From Gemmatimonadales bacterium (GTDB taxonomy: Bacteria; Gemmatimonadota; Gemmatimonadetes; Gemmatimonadales; GWC2-71-9): a stretch of DNA of 64,000 nt. The notes under the pieces were generated by a model. That model did not search any database and was not told where the DNA came from. It saw only the letters and a list, made by a program, of their open reading frames with translations. Made by a program: the position numbers and the translations under genes. The stretch lies in NCBI GenBank assembly GCA_041615815.1, contig JBFJCP010000025.1:1-64000 (forward strand). Direction: 5' to 3'. Positions 59,197 through 64,000 of this stretch are shown piece by piece (positions within the stretch are counted from its first letter, which is position 1; each line of letters begins with the position of its first letter).

Positions 59197-60506
59197 GTCT
59201 TGAGCTCGCGTTTCTTCGCGGCCGGGAAGAGAACGTTGTTGAGGATGAGCCGATACCCTGGGGAGTTGGGATACAGGGAGAGATCGGTGGGCGGATCGCC
59301 GATCTGGTGTTGCGGATCTTCTGGGTCGTGACCCCCGATGAACGTCCAGGTGCCTTGGCCAAACTCTCCGTGGATGTACTTCACCCACGGCGCGCCCTGC
59401 TCGTCGGCCAGGACGGTCACGCCGGGCTTCAGCCGTTCACGGTTGAACGACGTCGTGAGCCCATAGAAGTCTGGGATGATCTGCCGATGACACTGCACCA
59501 ACATGGTCGGAACGGGATCGATCTTCGCGCTGAAGTCGAACAGTCGGAAGGCGCCCAACGGCTGCCGACGGGCCGGATTGTTGACCTGATGTCCATCGAT
59601 ATCCGAGAAGCTGGCAATGGCCGGTGAGACCTCCAACCGCACTCCCTCGAAGGCAAACGTGCGATCCCACTGGAGGCGCTCCGAGGCGTCCGGATCCATG
59701 GGTGTCCCATCGCTGTACTGCGCCGCGACGTCCACGCCTTCCGCCGCCATCACGATCTCCAATGTTTCCGTGGCCGTACACATCGCAAACAGGAATCCGC
59801 CGTTTTCCACGTAGCGCCGGATCTCCCGCGCGACCGTTTTCTTGAGATCTGCCACCGTGGTCAATCCCAAGCTCCGCGCCATTTTCACGTTCTGCTGCAC
59901 CATCTCCCGCAGCCAGCTGCTTCCGCTGTATGTCAAAAAGAATTTCGAGAACTGACCAGTAAAGTCCTCGTGATGCAGATGCAACCATTCGTACTCGCGC
60001 AGCTTGCCGGCTGCGACCTCCGCGTCCCACACCTTGTCATACTCGATGCCGGCGTACTGCAACGCCATTGTCACCGCATCGTCCCACGGAGCCGCTGTGG
60101 GTGGCACGTAGACGGCCACTTTGGGTGCCTTCTCCAGCGGCACGGCGTCCATGTTGCTGCCCTCGATCGTCCCGCGAATGTTGATCACCTGAGCGTCGGA
60201 GATCTGCTCGGCCACGACGCCCGCCAAGGCAGCATCCCGTCGAATGGCGTCCGTGGCCGGCAGCAGGAAGCTTCCTCCACGGTAATTGAGCAACCACTCC
60301 CCACTCACACCGCTCTTCAGGGCCCGAAACGCCAAGCCATAGGCCTTGAGGTGCTCGGCTTGCCGATCGTCCATGGGGATCAGAAGGCTCGAGGCGGACG
60401 GTGGGACCGTCGGACCCTCGGACAGCAGCGAACGCCGTGCGCCCGCCCATCCGCCAATCGGCAGGAAGAATCCTGCGACGCCCCCGACAAACTCCCGCCT
60501 CCTCAC
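59193..60506 (-). CDS. Exported glutamine-amidotransferase-like protein (family often labelled 'asparagine synthetase B')
   Basis: Tat-like MRRREF; HLKAYG, WLLNYRGGSF, WLHLHHEDFTGQ, FAMC and GGHDPED motifs. No asparagine synthetase ATP domain seen. Confidence 0.75.
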   Translation of the reverse strand: MRRREFVGGVAGFFLPIGGWAGARRSLLSEGPTVPPSASSLLIPMDDRQAEHLKAYGLAFRALKSGVSGEWLLNYRGGSFLLPATDAIRRDAALAGVVAEQISDAQVINIRGTIEGSNMDAVPLEKAPKVAVYVPPTAAPWDDAVTMALQYAGIEYDKVWDAEVAAGKLREYEWLHLHHEDFTGQFSKFFLTYSGSSWLREMVQQNVKMARSLGLTTVADLKKTVAREIRRYVENGGFLFAMCTATETLEIVMAAEGVDVAAQYSDGTPMDPDASERLQWDRTFAFEGVRLEVSPAIASFSDIDGHQVNNPARRQPLGAFRLFDFSAKIDPVPTMLVQCHRQIIPDFYGLTTSFNRERLKPGVTVLADEQGAPWVKYIHGEFGQGTWTFIGGHDPEDPQHQIGDPPTDLSLYPNSPGYRLILNNVLFPAAKKRELKT

Positions 60507-62239
60507 GAGCTGGGCAGCATTCCCTTCATTTGATCGAGGAGGCGCCGAGCCTGCGGTACGACCGCGCTTTCAGGATGGTCGAGAATGAGATTCTCCAGTA
60601 GCCGAATCGCGTCGTCGTGGCGGCCCAATCGTGCGTAGGAGACAGCGAGCGCGTATGCGGCCGTAGGCGCCGATGCACCGTTCTCGTCGAGGCTCAGCGC
60701 ATCGAGCAGCAGACTTTCCGCCTGATCATAGTCGCCGACAGCCACCGCGAGCTCCCCGGCAAAGGCCAAAACCGCCGCGCGGCCGCCCCGGACCGGAAGC
60801 TCGCCCGCGGCGTCCTCCAACTCGCGGACGGCGCGAACCGTATCCGCCCGGCCCAGCCGTAGCAGCGCCGCGCCGAGCGTGGGCACGGTGTCCGGGTCGA
60901 TCCGTTGGATCAATGCCAGCACCTGCGTACGTCGCGTGGCCTCTTCCCGTGACTGCGCGTACGGGCCAGCCACCCGGAAATACTCGGTCGCCCCAGCGAG
61001 ATCGCCACGGTACAACGCGACCCAGCCCAAGACGGCCTGTGCCCCGATAGACGAATCTCCCGCAATCAAGCGTTCCGCGCGATCCAGGTCTCCCCGACGC
61101 ACCCGTGACCAGGCCAGCTTTTCTCTGAGCATGGCCACCTCGTCGCCCCGAAGGCTCCGCTCCCACTGGCGGAATAGTTCCTCGGCTTCCTCAGCGCGGC
61201 CCGCATCTGCCAGGACGCGAATCAGCGCGGCCATCGTAGCCCCTGCGTCGCTACGGCGCGCTCGTGGGTCCAGCGTGAGCCCGCCGAGCATCCGACGCGC
61301 AGCGCCGAGGTCGCCGGCATCCGCGAAGGCCTGGGCCGATTCCAGCCTGGCGCGCTCCCTCTCCGGACCGGTCACCAACTCGGCAAGACGTTCGAGCGCG
61401 TAGCCCCGGGCTCGCGCTCCACCCAACGTGCGGACCTGCCGAGCCCGCTCGGCGAACTGGGTGAGAATGGTGACCGCCCGTCCTCGATCCGCCGGCAACG
61501 CACTGTCGAGGCGGGTCCACGCCTCCTCGGCGCGGCCCCAGCTCAGGAGGAGATCCGCAGCAAGACGTCGGTCGGTTCCGGCCGCTCCCCGACCGTCCAA
61601 CAGCGCGAGCAGACGAGACCGCTCGTGATCGGGCGCTTCGGCCAGCGACGTCGCCGCCGCCAGCGCAAACTCCTCGTCTTGACGCACGGCTTGCCGCCAG
61701 GCTTCGGCCGCGCGCATCCACTCCCCCGCGTACGCCAGGATCTCCGCCATCTCGCGGACCAAGGCCAACTCACCGAGCCTTGCCTGCCCCCGCTCCAGAA
61801 CCACCCTGGCTTGCGCCACCTCACCCTGCTGCGCCAGCCACAGCGCCCACTGACGGTACGGCGCGGGGCTTTCCGGAGCGGCGGCCATCCATCGGGACGC
61901 AACCGCCGCCAGACTGTCTCCCCTCCCCAACGCGCTCCACACCCTGATCTGCATCGCTCGTACGAACTCGCTCGCTGGGGCCACCACCTCCGCGCGACGC
62001 AGGTACGGCACCAACGAATCTACGCGCCCCAGCCTCGTGTAGATGCGCTCCAACCCCAGCAGAGCCTGAAAATCGCCTGGTGACTCCTCGAGCAGCCCGC
62101 GGTAGAGCAAGACCGCTTCTTCGTATCGACCGCGCCCCTCGAGTTGACGGGCGTTGCGCACGGCCTGAGTCTGCGCTTCCGCCGCGGCGGCCATCACCAT
62201 GAGGACACCGAGCATCGACGCGATGTTACGGCCGCGCAT
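60503..62239 (-). CDS. Exported TPR-repeat protein
   Basis: Signal peptide, Ala/Arg/Leu-rich helical repeats and C-terminal LILDHPESAVVPQARRLL. Confidence 0.85.
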   Translation of the reverse strand: MRGRNIASMLGVLMVMAAAAEAQTQAVRNARQLEGRGRYEEAVLLYRGLLEESPGDFQALLGLERIYTRLGRVDSLVPYLRRAEVVAPASEFVRAMQIRVWSALGRGDSLAAVASRWMAAAPESPAPYRQWALWLAQQGEVAQARVVLERGQARLGELALVREMAEILAYAGEWMRAAEAWRQAVRQDEEFALAAATSLAEAPDHERSRLLALLDGRGAAGTDRRLAADLLLSWGRAEEAWTRLDSALPADRGRAVTILTQFAERARQVRTLGGARARGYALERLAELVTGPERERARLESAQAFADAGDLGAARRMLGGLTLDPRARRSDAGATMAALIRVLADAGRAEEAEELFRQWERSLRGDEVAMLREKLAWSRVRRGDLDRAERLIAGDSSIGAQAVLGWVALYRGDLAGATEYFRVAGPYAQSREEATRRTQVLALIQRIDPDTVPTLGAALLRLGRADTVRAVRELEDAAGELPVRGGRAAVLAFAGELAVAVGDYDQAESLLLDALSLDENGASAPTAAYALAVSYARLGRHDDAIRLLENLILDHPESAVVPQARRLLDQMKGMLPSS

Positions 62240-64000
62240 CGTTCAACCGTCGGAAGTAATCCAGAATGAGACGCCGTTCCTCGGGCGACAACGAGCGTAA
62301 TTCCTCCCAGGTGGGGTAGCGGAAGCGAGGACCGTCCCCTGGACGCATGCCGTCCACCGGTGGTGGCCGGACGAGATTGGGATCGGCCGTCTCGCTCATG
62401 CGCTCCTTGCGCTCGTCTTCCTCGTCCTTGCGGAGCGAACGGCCGGCGTCGAGGAGCCGGTGGTACAGCCGCTCCTGGCGCTCGACCGTCTCCCGGTTGA
62501 GCTGGCCCGCGTCGAGCTCACCGGCGATCTCGCGCGCATCTTCGGCAAGCTCGTCGGTGCCACTGACATCTCCTTGGGCATTCAATCGGTCCAACTCGTT
62601 GGCCAAGCCTCGCTGGCGGTCCGCCATGGCACGCAACTGCTGCATGAGTTGATCACCACCCATGGACATCATGGGCTGCATTTGTCCGGTTTCGCTGTTG
62701 ATCGCCCCCTGCTGCTCTGCGAGCTGCGCCATCTGTTCCAGTGCCTCCTGCAGTCCCGAGCCCGACTGCGCGCCAGCGACCTCGCTCCTCGTGCGGAGGA
62801 GCGCGTGTGCGACGGCGTTCAGGGCGTCGACCGCCTGACCCGCGCGGTCGCCGGCCTGTCGGGAGTTGGGAACGGGACGCTGGAGCTGCTGCAGCGCTTC
62901 GTCCATGCGTAGCTTGGCAAAGCCCAGGGCCGCGCCGAGTTGCGGCGAGACGAGCGCGTTCTTCCCGGCCGCCGATTGCACTCGTTGAATCACTCGATCC
63001 ACGCCGTCTCGCACGGCCGCCTGCTCGCCCCGGAGATCGCTTCCGGATTCCCCCCGATTCAGTCGTTGCGACACGGCTTCCTCACGCTGCGCCAACTCGG
63101 CCGTCTCGACGAGAGCGCGATCCATCGCGTCCAACACCTCTTGCTGCCACCCCTGACGGAGCTGATCGCGCTGCTCGCGAAGTTGATCGCTCAAAGGATC
63201 GAGCTCTTGGCTCGCGGATTGGCCCGCTTGGCGCGCCCCCTGTTGCCGTCCCTGGCTCGCCTGGGACACCGCCTGCTGCATGTGTTGCGACGCCTGCCCT
63301 GCTTGCTCGGCCGCTTGATCCATCGCCTCGCCCACGGGGCCCAGGGAATCCAGCGCATCGCCCATGGCTTGGAGCTGCCGGCCCAGCGAGTCCGCCCGAT
63401 CGGCAAGATCGGCCTCGGACCGGGCGAGATCGGGGTTGAGCCCGCGGTCCACTTCTCGATTCCACTCGCGCTGGAGTCGGGCCAGCTCGTCGGCGTCCTG
63501 CGCGAGCGTCGTCATCTCGCCCTCGATCGCTGCGCGCTCGAACAGCTCGCGCCCCCGATCCAGCTCTTGGCGCAGCTCCTGCGCCGCCTCGGCCAGCTCG
63601 TCCAGTGCCTGCCGTACCGCTTCCGCGTCCAGACGCTCGAGGGCTTCCCGGAGCGCCTGAAGCCGCTCGGCGAGTTCGTCACTGATTGCACGGTCCAACA
63701 GCTCTTGGAGATCCTGGAGCTGCCGTTGGAACGCTGGATCCGTGAGTCCGGCGTTCCACGCGGCCTCCTGGAGCTCCCGGAGCTCGTCGCGCAGGTGCCG
63801 GGCCCGTTCGAGGGCGCGCTCCTGGCGATCCGCCAACTCCCGTGCGCGTTCGACCGAGCTGAACGGCAGTTGGTCCGCCGGCTGTGCACCCCCGGTTTGC
63901 GAGCGTTCGGGCTGTCCGCGGTCTCGCTCCGCGGCCAGATCCTCCAGATCGCGGGCCAGCTCCCGCTGCGCGGCGGTGAGCGAATCGCTTCCGCTCGCGA
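62226..64000 (-). CDS. Long coiled-coil Gln/Glu-rich protein (DUF4175-like), 5'-partial
   Basis: Frame is open to the window end; RQERLYHRLLDA and C-terminal ILDYFRRL. Confidence 0.75.
   Translation of the reverse strand, partial: ASGSDSLTAAQRELARDLEDLAAERDRGQPERSQTGGAQPADQLPFSSVERARELADRQERALERARHLRDELRELQEAAWNAGLTDPAFQRQLQDLQELLDRAISDELAERLQALREALERLDAEAVRQALDELAEAAQELRQELDRGRELFERAAIEGEMTTLAQDADELARLQREWNREVDRGLNPDLARSEADLADRADSLGRQLQAMGDALDSLGPVGEAMDQAAEQAGQASQHMQQAVSQASQGRQQGARQAGQSASQELDPLSDQLREQRDQLRQGWQQEVLDAMDRALVETAELAQREEAVSQRLNRGESGSDLRGEQAAVRDGVDRVIQRVQSAAGKNALVSPQLGAALGFAKLRMDEALQQLQRPVPNSRQAGDRAGQAVDALNAVAHALLRTRSEVAGAQSGSGLQEALEQMAQLAEQQGAINSETGQMQPMMSMGGDQLMQQLRAMADRQRGLANELDRLNAQGDVSGTDELAEDAREIAGELDAGQLNRETVERQERLYHRLLDAGRSLRKDEEDERKERMSETADPNLVRPPPVDGMRPGDGPRFRYPTWEELRSLSPEERRLILDYFRRLNDARP

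Overview
High-GC, gene-dense chromosomal window. The gene content and protein style suggest Gemmatimonadota (inference, not verified). Most of it is core genome: a long minus-strand run (thrS, thiolase, bioY, CAAX protease, hbd, acyl-CoA DH, Leu DH, glyA, nnr, thiL, plsC, eno, ftsB), then BON-valS-lipoprotein-selA-purN-purH, tnaA, nhaA, glnS-YqeY, gltX, an aminotransferase, a JAB-DinG helicase and a TPR/coiled-coil cluster. There are three tRNAs: Met-CAT, Ser-TGA and Ser-GCT. Highlights: (1) an AhpD-like gene split by an in-frame UGA in a CxxU motif with a SECIS-like hairpin, so a probable selenoprotein, with selA in the same window; (2) an accessory region 3' of tRNA-Met with an attC-like site and a low-GC cassette-like PD-(D/E)XK nuclease gene; (3) two Hanks-type Ser/Thr kinase modules around tRNA-Ser(TGA), each next to an outer-membrane barrel and a redox-cofactor protein (globin or cupredoxin); (4) 7-9-mer tandem/inverted repeat elements in intergenic gaps, and a palindromic one translated in frame inside valS; (5) a 52-aa membrane ORF coupled to thrS that is absent from the ORF track. 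All calls come from reading the sequence; no database searches were run.
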